From the human T2T-CHM13v2.0 reference genome, Homo sapiens: 64,000 nt of DNA. Location: NCBI RefSeq assembly GCF_009914755.1, contig NC_060930.1; one strand, written 5' to 3'. Shown here piece after piece: positions 10,401 to 25,041 of the stretch. The notes below the pieces were generated by a model. That model was not told where the DNA came from and did not search any database. It saw only the letters and a program-made list of their open reading frames with translations. Both the position numbers and the translations under genes were made by a program. Every line of letters starts with the position of its first letter. The stretch's first letter is position 1.

Positions 10401-13400
10401 CAGCACAACCTATAATAGTTACTACATTAACTACAAACACTGTCCATTCCCGGTACGAATCCAGGAAATGTGAAATTACCATCGAATGGGTCTATGAACC
10501 CAGCCCATCCCTCTAAGCTGGACCTGACAGAGGTGTCCATCTGTTACTTTGCCCTAAATGCACCTCATGAGTAATAGGGGAGCAAGTTAATGCTTTAGGT
10601 CCCTGGGAGGAGGTTGGATCACACACTGTGTCTACTAGGAGTGTCTGGGTATTTGCCATTTCATGGCATACAGTTACCAGAGTGAATGCCCATCTGGCTC
10701 TCTGGGGGAGGCTGAGGGAGTCATTGCAGTTGCTGTGGGGTTGAAGGAGCCCACCAGGGCCTCTGGGCTCTCCTTCTAGCAATGGACTCTGGGTCTGAGA
10801 TGTGGCTCAGTTCTCAAAGCTGGGCAAAGGAGCTCAGTTATTTCCTAGGGTGACTCCTTTCAGCCTTCAGGTCATCCATCCTTGCGTTTTGTCTTTGTTT
10901 GTTGTAATTATTTATATCTAGCAGTATCCGGGTTGAGTTTCCATTTCTTTTGGATCCTTGACCCCTTTGTTCTATGAGCCATGGGCATACATTTTTAAGG
11001 CTGAGGTCCCCCACTGGCATTGTGACTTCTTTAATTATTTACATCATTGCACCCTCCTTCCTGCTGACAGTTGACGGCCTCCGCTTGAGATCTCTTATTT
11101 CAGGATTTTCCATCCCCATTACTACTGGGAGCCCATTTCAGGAACAGCATTTCCTACCCCCAACCCCGGCCTTCAGCAACAGGCATTCCTGGGCTTCTTG
11201 ATAGTCTGCTGCCTTCTCCTGGGGCCTTCTTTATATGCTGGGTATACAAGAGTCCTCCAGTCATCCCATGAGCACAGAGGATGGACGTTGTTCTGGATTT
11301 TCATATTGCAACCACTCTGGCATGGGTGCTTCTCTGAGCCTTTTGATTCTTTCCCTTACACCCTGATGTAGAAGTTCTGGGTTTTCAACTTCTTGCCCTG
11401 TGAACCATCCCTTTACAAGGTTCCAGAAATGCATGCTCATAGCAGATGGGCATCTTCACTGGGGCTTTGCCAACGTGTTAAATCATGTGACCCATGACAA
11501 TAATCACTTGCTTATCTAAACTGAATTCTGCCCTCACCCCACCCACTGTGCTGGAGCATCCCAGGGCAGCTCCCACACACTCTCCCACCTCCTGCAGTCC
11601 ACATGGGCTGCTGCTGAGGGTCCTCCTCATCCAGGCCTTTTCCTGCCACAATAGGCCTGGCACCTCCACCACAAGGTCATGTGCTGACTGATGTCGGCAC
11701 AGAGCAGGTGGGACATGTCTGGAGGGGACATGTGGTTTCATGGCTGCAGGAACCTTCCCCTCCGTGTACTCAAGCAAGGGAGACGCTCTAGTCATTAACT
11801 AGTTTTCATGACAGTCCTGGCTGGGGCATGTCTTGGTCTGCCAGCCCAGCCCCTCAGAGGCCTTCACTTGCAGTCACCATAAGTGGGAGGAGGGGATACA
11901 GGTTCCATTTCCCCCCACACCAACCCCCTCCTGTGTTTTTCTTCCACAGACACACACTGTCTTTGCTATGACTTCATCATCACTCCTAAGTCCAGACCTG
12001 AACCACAGTGGTGTGAAGTTCAAGGCCTGGTGGATGAAAGGCCTTTTCTTCACTATGACTGTGTTAACCACAAGGCCAAAGCCTTTGCTTCTCTGGGGAA
12101 GAAAGTCAATGTCACAAAAACCTGGGAAGAACAAACTGAAACACTAAGAGACGTGGTGGATTTCCTTAAAGGGCAACTGCTTGACATTCAAGTGGAGAAT
12201 TTAATACCCATTGGTAAGTTTAAAATGGCCCAGGGAGCAGACACAGTAGTAACTTAGAGTCATTTATTGATTTCATATGAAAAATAAATCAGAAGTTTGT
12301 GTCACCCAAGAGGTTGAGGAGCATGGGCCGGATGCAGCAGAGAGAGCAAGTCCAGGAGCCAGGAAAGGAAGCAGGGTGGGGCTCAGGCTTTGTCAAGATC
12401 AGAGCTGATCTCTTTGCAATGGGGCAGAGCCCCTCACCCTGCAGGCCAGGATGTCTTGTGAGCATGAAGCCCATGGACACGGCAGAGGATCTTGGCAGTT
12501 CCTCTTCAATGGACAGAAGTTCCTCCTCTTTGACTCAAACAACAGAAAGTGGACAGCACTTCATCCTGGAGCCAAGAAGATGACAGAGAAGTGGGAGAAG
12601 AACAGGGATGTGACCATGTTCTTCCAGAAGATTTCACTGGGGGATTGTAAGATGTGGCTTGAAGAATTTTTGATGTACTGGGAACAAATGCTGGATCCAA
12701 CAAGTAAGTGAGAGGGGGATAAATGGAAGCTGTCTCGAGTTCAGATCTTATCAGCTGGTGTATGTGTGTGAGTGCGTGTGTGTGTGTGTTTGAGTGAGTA
12801 TGAACATGACCCCCTCATGGGGGGCTCCTCCTGGGGGTCCTGGCATGCCTGTGCTCTCTCATCCTCCTCTCCCTTCTTCCCCCTGACTCCTCTTCCTCAC
12901 TGCACCTGCTTCTGCTCTACCCACCGCATTTCTCACCAGCCTCAAATCTGTGGGTGTCATAGTGTTTCCACATCTTTTTCATTAGTGTTCCTTCCTCCTA
13001 GAATCACCTTTTCTTTCCTCTCCCCTCATCGGTTTCTGTAAATCCATCAAAATCACCTCCAATGCCAGGGCCTGAGGCCCTCCCCTCCCTGGCCCTGGGA
13101 CATCACCTCCTCTTTCTCCACAGCAGGAGGGTGGACTGTGCTGTCACCTCGCTTCCCTTAGCAGATGTGTGAGCTCCCTGAGGGCAGGGGACACCCCCTC
13201 TCCCTTCTTACCCCAAGACTTGTCCCAGAGGTTGCCCCACAGCAGAGGGGGACAAAAGGTCTGCCTTCCAGGATGACCTGGGGTGGCAGGAGCTGAGGAG
13301 ACATCCCCTAAGATTTTGAGCCTGGACAAGGGTTGTCACTCCTGTGTTTCCATTTCAGAACCACCCTCTCTGGCCCCAGGCACAACCCAACCCAAGGCCA

Positions 13401-13468
13401 TGGCCACCACCCTCAGTCCCTGGAGCCTTCTCATCATCTTCCTCTGCTTCATTCTAGCTGGCAGATGA
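7393..13468 (+). CDS. ULBP1: ULBP1 (RAET1I), GPI-anchored NKG2D ligand, 244 aa; spliced CDS join(7393..7477,11950..12213,12428..12703,13359..13468)
   Basis: Exons of 85+264+276+110 = 735 nt, all GT-AG, translate to [54 protein letters not shown]...[17 protein letters not shown]...[36 protein letters not shown], which I recognise as ULBP1. Confidence 0.98.
7560..8740. repeat. Compound CpG-rich minisatellite in ULBP1 intron 1: 18-bp unit (CCCGAACATCGCGGTCTC) in four higher-order blocks
   Basis: About 8, 9, 12 and 14 18-mers separated by a ~105-bp spacer (ACATGCCCGGCTGAAGGCACTCAGTTCCCC...AGGCTTCTGG); gives PEHRGL-repeat ORFs. Confidence 0.95.
11950..12213 (+). CDS. ULBP1: ULBP1 exon 2 (alpha1 domain)
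   Basis: Acceptor CTTCCACAG| and donor TTG|GTAAGT; matches ORF 11883..12257. Confidence 0.97.
12428..12703 (+). CDS. ULBP1: ULBP1 exon 3 (alpha2 domain)
   Basis: Acceptor GGGGCAG| and donor CAA|GTAAGT; matches ORF 12451..12711. Confidence 0.97.
13359..13468 (+). CDS. ULBP1: ULBP1 exon 4 coding part (GPI-anchor signal); exon continues to donor at 13490
   Basis: Acceptor CATTTCAG|; TGA 13466-13468; donor ACAG|GTACTG at 13490/13491. Confidence 0.96.
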
Positions 13469-15199
13469 GGAGAGTTGTTTAGAGTGACAGGTACTGTGGG
13501 CAATATTGGGAGGGGAGCAAGAGGCAGATGGGTGAGATGGGAGGATGTGGAAGGAGAATTCCCAGAGTCCCAGAGGCCGGGAACTTCTCATCCTGACATT
13601 AGACAGATGAATGAGACCTGCTGTCACCTGTTGGCAATGACCTGGGCAGCTCAACCTTGAGTTCTGATGGATTCTAACTGTCAGAGGCCAGAGGGAAAGG
13701 GAGGGACCCATACCAAGGCTCAAGGCCTGTTGAGCTTGAGAGGGTTTAACCAATTCAGGCCTGTTTCAGAGCAGGTTCCTATTCGGGATGGTGTGTGGCC
13801 TGCAGGCAGCAGAAACTCAGGCATGGGCAGTCTGCACAGTAGGAGAGGAGTAGCATGGCCACTTCACCAAGGATGTCAAGGGAAGGGGTGTCCCTGGAGG
13901 AGGCTAAGAAGAGAGTGATCTGGGAGAATCCCAGGACGAGGGAGCTGTGAGGGTCTTGGCCCACCCAGTTCCAAAGGCTGCATTCCCAGAGAAAGCAGCT
14001 CGGGTCCCAGCAGTTAAGGTGGAAGGTGAAGAGTAGAGCGTGTCCAGGGTGAGATTTAGGAAAAGGCCAGGCCCCTTGGACCCATGGGAGTCCTTGCCAG
14101 GCCCTGGGGCGATGCCCCTGCCATTCTGCCTCCTTCATACTCCAGATCCTGAGCCAGCTGATGGCCCTGCCTGGAGCAGAGTGGACTCAGGCAGGGGAGC
14201 TGAGCTGCTGCTGGAGTTCCATGCTCACCACTGAACTTGGCCAGGAATGAATGGGGCAGGGCAAGGACAGTCCCATTCAGAGCTATGGGTGCAGCTCCCA
14301 GGGTGAGGAAAGGCTGAGAGTGAAGGGAAAAGAAGGTGGTTTGTCTACAAGCCCACCCAAGGCCAGGGAACGTGGATAGAAAGAGCTCTCTTTGGACAGG
14401 GTTCCCCCAGGTCCTCTAGACCCTTCTATGAGAGGGAGGAGCAGGCCCTCAGTGAGGGTGCAGACCCCTCATTACCAGCCTCAGTTGTGAGCCCCCCTGG
14501 GCTGTAACAGGACCTGGGCTGGCTCTGTGGTGTGGTGAAGGAGGGTGGAGGTTGGAACAGGGTACAGAGCCAGGGGTAGTGTTGGAGGGAAAAGCATGTT
14601 TCTTATTTGTGGGAGAGGTTCCGAAATGGGGAGGGCCTGGGAAGGATCACCCAGGAGAACAGACCCAGGTTTTTCTCAGCCACTTAAACCAATGCTTCAT
14701 CTTTTCTCAAGGTGGAAAGTGATATCAAGAAGCCTCTGTTAGCCTGGTCTGGGTCCTGCTCTCCCTTCAGGGAGGCCGCCTGTCTACTCACCACTGTGCC
14801 TTTCTGGAAAGCAGGAGTTCAAGCCTTAGCAAGCCCAGAGGCCCCCAGCAGACGATGAGGACATTGTCGGCTCAACATCTCAGGCCACTCATTACCTTCG
14901 CTCATGATCCCAGCAGCCATTTTTCTTAACACCTTCTGCCACTTTCTGTCGGTGCTAATGGATGGAACTCCTGCACAAGTTTTAACTGAACAAGAAATCC
15001 CAGCAAAAGGCATTTTTTTTTCTACTTCTTTGATTGTAGAAAAGCAGACACTTCTCTGAAACATGACCTTATTCTTCCAAACAGTATCGCTAGTAAAATA
15101 GCATGCTGGACTTCAGACCTCAGGGATCCTTTTGATGCACTGACCAGGAATTGTGATAATCCTTTTCATTTTTATGGCTTTTTACAGTTTCTCATTCTG

Positions 15200-15460
15200 T
15201 CAACCATATTGAAGTGAAGTGGCATAGTCTTCACTCACTGTAATCTCCAGCTCCTGGGCTCAAGTGATCCTCTAGACTCAGCCTCTAGAATAGCTGGGAC
15301 TACAGGCACATGCCACCAGGACTGGCAAACTGTTTTATTTTTAGGTAGAGGTAGGGTCTTCCTATGTTGCCCAGGATGGTCTTCAAATCTTGGTCTCGAG
15401 CAATGCTACCACCTTGGCCTCCCAATGCTCTGGGATTACAGACATGAACCACAGTGCCTG
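15200..15460 (-). mobile_element. AluJ in ULBP1 3' UTR (mirror 41470-41760)
   Basis: CTCCTGGGCTCAAGTGATCC...GGGATTACAG. Confidence 0.8.
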
Positions 15461-15528
15461 TTGTAGAAATTTTTAATTATTTAATATGAAAATATTACAT
15501 TCATGATTATTTTATTTAGTAAATAAAA

Positions 15529-16840
15529 TAATAGAGAGCCCAGAAATCAACCTGCACACCTACCGCCATCTAATCTTCAATAGAAATGGGCAATGTGGGA
15601 AAGACTCCCTATTCGAAAATTAGTGCTGGAATATCTGGCCAACCATATGCAGAAGAATGAAACTGAACCCCTACTTCTCCCCATATATGTAAAATAATTC
15701 AATATGGATGAAAGATTTAAATATAAGTACTAAAACTGTAAAAATCCTGGAATATAACCTAAGAAATACCAATGTGGACATAGGGCCTGGCAAAGATTTC
15801 ATGAAGAAGACACTAAAAACAATTGCAACAAAAACAGAAATTGACAAATGGGGCCTCATTAAACTAAAGAGCTTCTGCACAGAAAAAGAAACTAGCAACA
15901 CAGTAAACAGACAGCCTGTAGAATGGGGAAAACTATTTGCAAACTCTGCATCTGATGAAGGTCCAATATCCAGAATCTACAAGGAACTTAAACAATTCAA
16001 CAAGCAAGAAGAAAAAACCCAATTAAAATTGGGCAAAGGCATGAACAGACACTTTTCAAAAGAAGACCTACAATTGGCCAACAAACATGAAAAAATGCTC
16101 AGTATCACTAATCATCAGATAAGTGCAAATCAAAACTGCAATGAGTTACCATCTCTTACCAGTCACAAAGTCAGAGATGGTGGTGAGGCTGCAGAGCAAA
16201 AGAAACAGACACTGTTGGTGGGAAAGCAAACTTGTTCAGCCACTATGGAAAGCAGTTTGGAGATTTCTCCAAGAACTTAAAATAGAACTACCATTCAATC
16301 CCGCAATCCCACTACTCGGGATATACCCACAGGAAAAGAATTCATTTTATCAAAAAGACACCTGCACCAATATGTTCATTACAGTGCTATTCTCACCAGC
16401 AAGGACAGAGAATCAATCTAAGTGCCCAACAACAGTAAATTCAATGAAAAAAAATGTGGTACATAGATACGATGGAAAACTATGCAGCCATGAAACACAA
16501 GAAAATCATGTCCTTTTCAGCAACATGGATGCAACTAGAGGCTATTATCCTAAGCAACCTAATGCAAGAACAGAAAACCACATACTGCATCTTCCCATTG
16601 GAAAGTGGCAGCTAAACATTAAATTCGCATGAACCACAGATGCTGGAGATCACCAGACCGGGGAGAGAAGAGGGGCACCTGGGCTGAAAAACACACCTGT
16701 TGGGTATCATGCTTACTGTCTGGGCGATGGGATCATTGGGACACCAAGCCTCAGCTTCTCAAATTCTACCCATGTAACAAACCTGTATATGTACCTTGTA
16801 TTATATAGGTTGAAATTAAAGATGAATAAATAAAATAAAA
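15529..16840 (+). mobile_element. L1 3' fragment (ORF2 end and 3' UTR, L1PB/L1MA-like)
   Basis: ORFs 15708 and 16123 resemble L1 ORF2 ([14 protein letters not shown]; ELPFNPAIPLLGIYP). Confidence 0.9.
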
Positions 16841-18513
16841 TGACACAAGGCCAAAAACAAATGGGTTTAACTGACCAGAGCGAGAGAACTCTGCACTATG
16901 AACCCAAACCCAGCTCAAAAAGATAAAATCTAGTCATTTAAGATAATCATAAGTTGTATGATGATAATTGTATAAAAATTTGTATGATGATAATTGTATA
17001 ATAATTATACATGAAAGTGCCAAAACCCTACAATTAAACACTGTATAATGGAATTACAGATGAGTTCCATCTTGTTCTTTATGCCCTCACTTTTTTTTCC
17101 ATTTTCAAGTGACATTTTTGTTTATCCTCAGGAAATCCTTGCTGTCAGCCTTCTCCTTCTGCACCCACCACCTCCTTTTCCACTGTCCACCTCAGGCCTT
17201 CCTCTGGTCTGGGACTGTGGCTTCCTTGGCACTGAAGGCCCAAGAGTTGCATTCAGCTTTGGGAGAGAGGAGGATGCAGGGCAGGTTGTGGAGGTGGTCT
17301 TGGCATTGCAGAGGAACCTAACAGCTCGAGTACTCTATCTCAGACAACTGCGTTTCTCCACCAGGTTAGCTACAACCAAGCCAACCTTGCCCTTTTCCTC
17401 GTTTTTTTCCTAATACTTCCGAACTCGTACTTGAAAATTTATATTCTTCCTCCTAACAGTTCTTTCTACTTCTTGTCCGCACAATATATCCTGATTTATT
17501 ATGCCCAGAAAACACTGGACTCACCATGTCCATGACAGCTACAAGGCCACAGCTACAAGTCTCCACTTGCTGAAGGGGCACCAGGGGCTTGGAGCCCTTC
17601 AAAAGCCCCTGCCCCAGAGAACTCTATTTGGCCTATCTGGGACTCACTGGAAAAGCCCCATTCATTGGGTTTGTCATTGTTTGACCTGCTGAGGTCTCTT
17701 TCTAGGGAAAAGCCAGATCCTCAGAGCATTGGCTAAAAGCAGTCTTTGCAACCATACAACTCCACCGTTTGTATGTGGGGCAAACAAGAGGCTAGTGGGG
17801 GAAATTGAGAGAAAGATTTGGGGAATGAGATGTGCATAGAGGCTGGCACGTGCCCAGGAAGCACCTGAGAAGGCCACATCTCTGATCTTTGGCTGACCTG
17901 GAGGTTCTGTGCAGGCAGGAAGTGGAGCTGCAGTGGTGACATCAGCTGCCCGCCTGAGTGCAGCAGGGGCAGGAGTGCACCACACACACAAAACCCTCCG
18001 CACTGGGGAGAGACTCGCCGGCTCAAGGCATTGATGCAAACCTCTATCCAACCTCACCTAACTGAGCAGAGACTTCAGGGTCCACCTGTGACAGGGAATA
18101 CAGATGTTATAAGATCCATCCAGGAAAGTCACTAAACAAGCAGCAGTAACACACCTTGAAGAGAGGGGACATCTGATTCCCAGAGCTGTCACATTGTATT
18201 CTTGTAAACATTCCGTTTCATCTCAAAAAACCACAAGAGGTGCAAAGAAGCAGGGAAGGATCCCCAGACACGAACAAGAAACTAGTCCCTGGAACTGTCC
18301 CCAAGAAAGCCCAGCCATTGGTCTTAGTGAGTTACTCACTGTCACTCTGAGGCAATGGCAGTCAAGGGGAGACTGTGTGGAGGAGGCTGTTCAGCTTCCT
18401 CATTTCCATGGAGACAGGACTCAGCAGAGGTGGCGCTAGAGACTGAATGTCTATGTGCCCCTAAACATAGTGCCTAATGTGTACTAGGAGAGGGAGGCTT
18501 TGATAGGTTATTA

Positions 18514-19520
<1,007 letters not shown>

Positions 19521-19619
19521 GTGAAGACAGGGAGAGACTGGATCCTTCACCCCTGCCAGAGGCAGAGCGCAGGGAGTTGGGGTTGGGGTGGAGTGTGGAT
19601 GAGAGTGTGGTCTGTGGGA

Positions 19620-19930
19620 CTGTGATGGTGAATATTAGGTGTCCAGTGGATTGGATAAGGGATGCCTAGATGGCTGGTAATGTACTCTTTCTGGGTGTGT
19701 CTGTCAGGGTGTTGCCAGAGGAGACTGACGTTTGAGTCGGGGGATGGGGAGAGGAAGACCCCTATCAGTGTGGGTGGGCACCATACCATGGGTTGCCAGC
19801 TGGGCTAGATGAGAGCAGGTGAGAGAGGGTGGGGTGACTCTGTTGGCGGAGCTCTCTGGCTTCTCTCTGCCTTCCCTGCGGGTTCTTGCTTCCTTCCTCC
19901 TTGGACATCAGACTGCAGGTTGTTTGGCCT
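19620..19930 (+). mobile_element. ERVL LTR (MLT2-like) 5' part
   Basis: TGTGATGGTGAATATT...CTGGGTGTGTCTGTCAGGGTGTTGCCAGAGGAG. Confidence 0.7.
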
Positions 19931-21166
19931 TCCCTCCTCCTGACAGGTGACAGCCTCTACCTGGGATCAGTTATTTCAGATCATTACTCCTGGGAGTCAT
20001 TTAGGGAACAGCATTTCCTACTCCCAACCCTGGCCTTCAGTAACAGGTATCCCTGAGCTTCTTGACAGTCTGCTGCCTTCTCCCAGAGCCTTCTTTATAT
20101 GCTGGGTAAACAAGAGTCCTCCAGGCTTCCCATGAGCATAGAGGACGGACATTGTTCTGGATTTTCACACTGACACCCCTCTGGCATGGGCACTTCTCTG
20201 AGCCTGTGATCCCTTCCTCTACGCCCTACCTTAGAAGTTCTAGATTTTCTACTTCTAGCCTTGTGAACCATCCCTCTTCCAAGGTTTCAGGAATGCATCT
20301 CATAGCAGATGGGCAGCATCACCAGGGGCTTTGCCAATGTGTTAAATCCTGTGACTATGACAATAATCTCTTTATGATACAAATTGGATTCTGTCCTCAC
20401 CCCACCCACTGTGCTGGAGCATCCTAGGGCAGCCCCCACACCCTCTCCCACCTCCTGCAGTCCCCAGGGGCTGCTGAGGAAGATCCTCCTCATCCAGGCC
20501 TTTTCCTGCCACAGCAGGCCTGGCTGCTGACATGACAAGGTCATGTGCTGACCGATGTGGGCAGAGCCCAGGTGGGATATGTTTTGGGAGGACATGTGGT
20601 TTCATGGCTGCAGGGACCTTCCTCGCCTTGTACTCTAGCAAAGGAGACACTCTAGTCTTTAACTAGTTGACATGACAGTCCTAGCTGGGGCACGTCTTGC
20701 TCTGCCAGCCCAGCCCCTCAAAGGCCTTCACTTGCAGTCACCATAAGGGGGAGGAGGGGTCTCAGGTTCCACTCCCAGCCACACCATCCCCCTCCTGTGT
20801 TTTTCTTCCATACACACACACTGCCTTTGCTATGACTTCATCGTCACTCCTAAGTTCAGACCTGAACCACGATGGTGTGAAGTTCAAGATCAGGTGGATA
20901 AAAGGCCTTTTCTTCACTATGACTGTGTTAGCCATAAGGCCAAAGCCTTTGCTTCTCTGGGGAAGAAAGTCAATGTCACAAAAGCCTGGGAAGAACAGAC
21001 TGAAACACTAAGAGACATGGTGGATTTCCTCAAAGAGCAACTGCCTGACGTTCGAGTGGAGAATTGAATATCCAGTGGTAAGTTTAAAATGGCCCAGGAC
21101 AGGAGGGAGCAGACACTATAATAGCTTAGAAACCTTTAATGTGTTCATGCAACAAATAAATCAGGT

Positions 21167-22039
21167 GGGCATCCCAGCTTGTGTGTGCCTAATCTCAGTT
21201 GGTCCACCTGAGACAACCTGAACACCAACCCTAGTCTCCCATGCGGCCCCTTATCCACTCCGACAAGATGAAAGAAACAATCACGAACCAGGAAAAACTT
21301 GCCAAACTGCAGGCACAAGTGTGCATTGGTGGGAAAGGACCTGCTTGCAGAAAGAAGAAGGTGGTTCATAGAACAGCCACAGCAGAAGATAAAAACTTTC
21401 AGTTCTCCTTAAAGAAGTTAGGGGTAAACAATATCTCTGGTATTGAAGAGGTGAATATGTTTACAAACCAAGGAACAGTGATCCACTTTAACAACCCTGA
21501 AGTTCAGACATCTCTGGCAGGGAACACTTTCACCATTACAGGCCATGCTAAGACAAAGCAGCTGACAGAAATGCTACCCAGCATCTTAATCCAGCTTGGT
21601 GTAGACAGTCTGGCTAGTTTAAGGAGACTGGCTGAAGCTCTGCCCAAACAATCTGTGGATGGAACAGCACCATTTGCAACTGGAGAGGATGATGATGATG
21701 AAGTTCCAGATCTTGTGGAGAATTTTTATGAGGCTTTCAAGGATGAGGCAAACTGAATTGAGTCAACTTCTGAAGATAAAACTTGAATAAGTTACTAGGA
21801 ACTGCTATTTTATATTATGACTGCTTTTTAAGAAATGTTTGTTTATGGATGTGATAAAATCTAGGTGTCTAATACTTTTGAGCCCAAGCCTCTTGGACAC
21901 TGAGCTCTTTTCAGTTTTTGCATATACACAATTTATTCTTTGCAGCTAATTAAGCCAAAGAAGCCTGAGAATAAAGTTTGAAACAAAGGTTAATAATGTT
22001 CTTAGCCTAGTTAAAAAAATAATTAATTAATTAAAAATA
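21167..22039 (+). pseudogene. BTF3P10: BTF3 (beta-NAC) processed pseudogene, probably BTF3P10; ORF 21268-21756 open (162 aa)
   Basis: Intronless [18 protein letters not shown]...[17 protein letters not shown]; AATAAA near 21970, A-rich tail, 16-bp TSD AACAAATAAATCAGGT at 21151-21166 and 22040-22055. Confidence 0.9.
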
Positions 22040-22697
22040 AACAAATAAATCAGGTTTATATCACTTGAGAGGTCAAGGAGCAAGGGCAGCAGACAGGAAA
22101 GGAAGCAGGGTGGGGCTCACAATTTGTCAAGATCAGAGCTGATCTCTTTCCAAAGGGGCAGAGCCTCTCACCCTGCAGGCCAGGATGTCTTGTGAGCACA
22201 AAGCCCATGGACACAGCAGAGGATCTTGGCAGTTTCTCTTCAATGGACAGAGGTTCCTCCTCTTTGACCCAAACAACAGAAAGTAGACAGTGCTTCATCC
22301 TGGAGTCAAGAAGATGAAAGAGAAGTGGGAGAAGAACAGGGATGTGGCCATGTTCTTCCAGAAGATTTCACTGGGAGACGGAAACTTGGCTTGAGGAATT
22401 CTTGATACACTGGGAAAAAATGCTGAAGAGAACAAGTAAGTGGGAAGAAAACAAAGGTAGCTGTCCTGAGTTCAGATCTAATCAGTCCAGTGTCTGTGTG
22501 TGTGTGTGTGTGTGTGTTTGAGTGAGTGTGAACAAGACCCCCTCATGGAGGGCTCCTCCTGGGGGTGCCTGTGCTCTCCCATCCTCCTCTCCCTTCTCCC
22601 TCCTGACTCCTCTTCCTCACTGCACTTGCTTCTGCTCCCCTCCTTGTGGATTTCTCACCAGCCTTGAAACTGCGGGTGTCACTGAGTTTCCAGACCT

Positions 22698-24650
<1,953 letters not shown>

Positions 24651-24709
24651 GAGAAATGCAGATCAAAACCACAGTGAGCTACCATCTCATACCAGTCAAA
24701 ACGGCAATT

Positions 24710-25041
<332 letters not shown>

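Larger units (their letters stand above)
1..15522. repeat. Left arm of large inverted segmental duplication (pairs with 41409-56173)
   Basis: Position 1 pairs with 56173; many near-identical ORFs appear on opposite strands (e.g. 1968..2252+ and 53993..54277-). Confidence 0.95.
14712..17058 (+). other. ULBP1: ULBP1 exon 5, long non-coding 3' UTR containing an antisense Alu and an L1 3' fragment
   Basis: Acceptor CTTTTCTCAAG|GTGG; candidate poly(A) signals AATAAA 15522, AATAAA near 16825, ATTAAA 17033. The 3' end is inferred from the recalled ~2.4-kb UTR length. Confidence 0.75.

Noticed and set aside
15708-16632. 190- and 169-aa ORFs
   Set aside because: Degenerate L1 ORF2 fragments.
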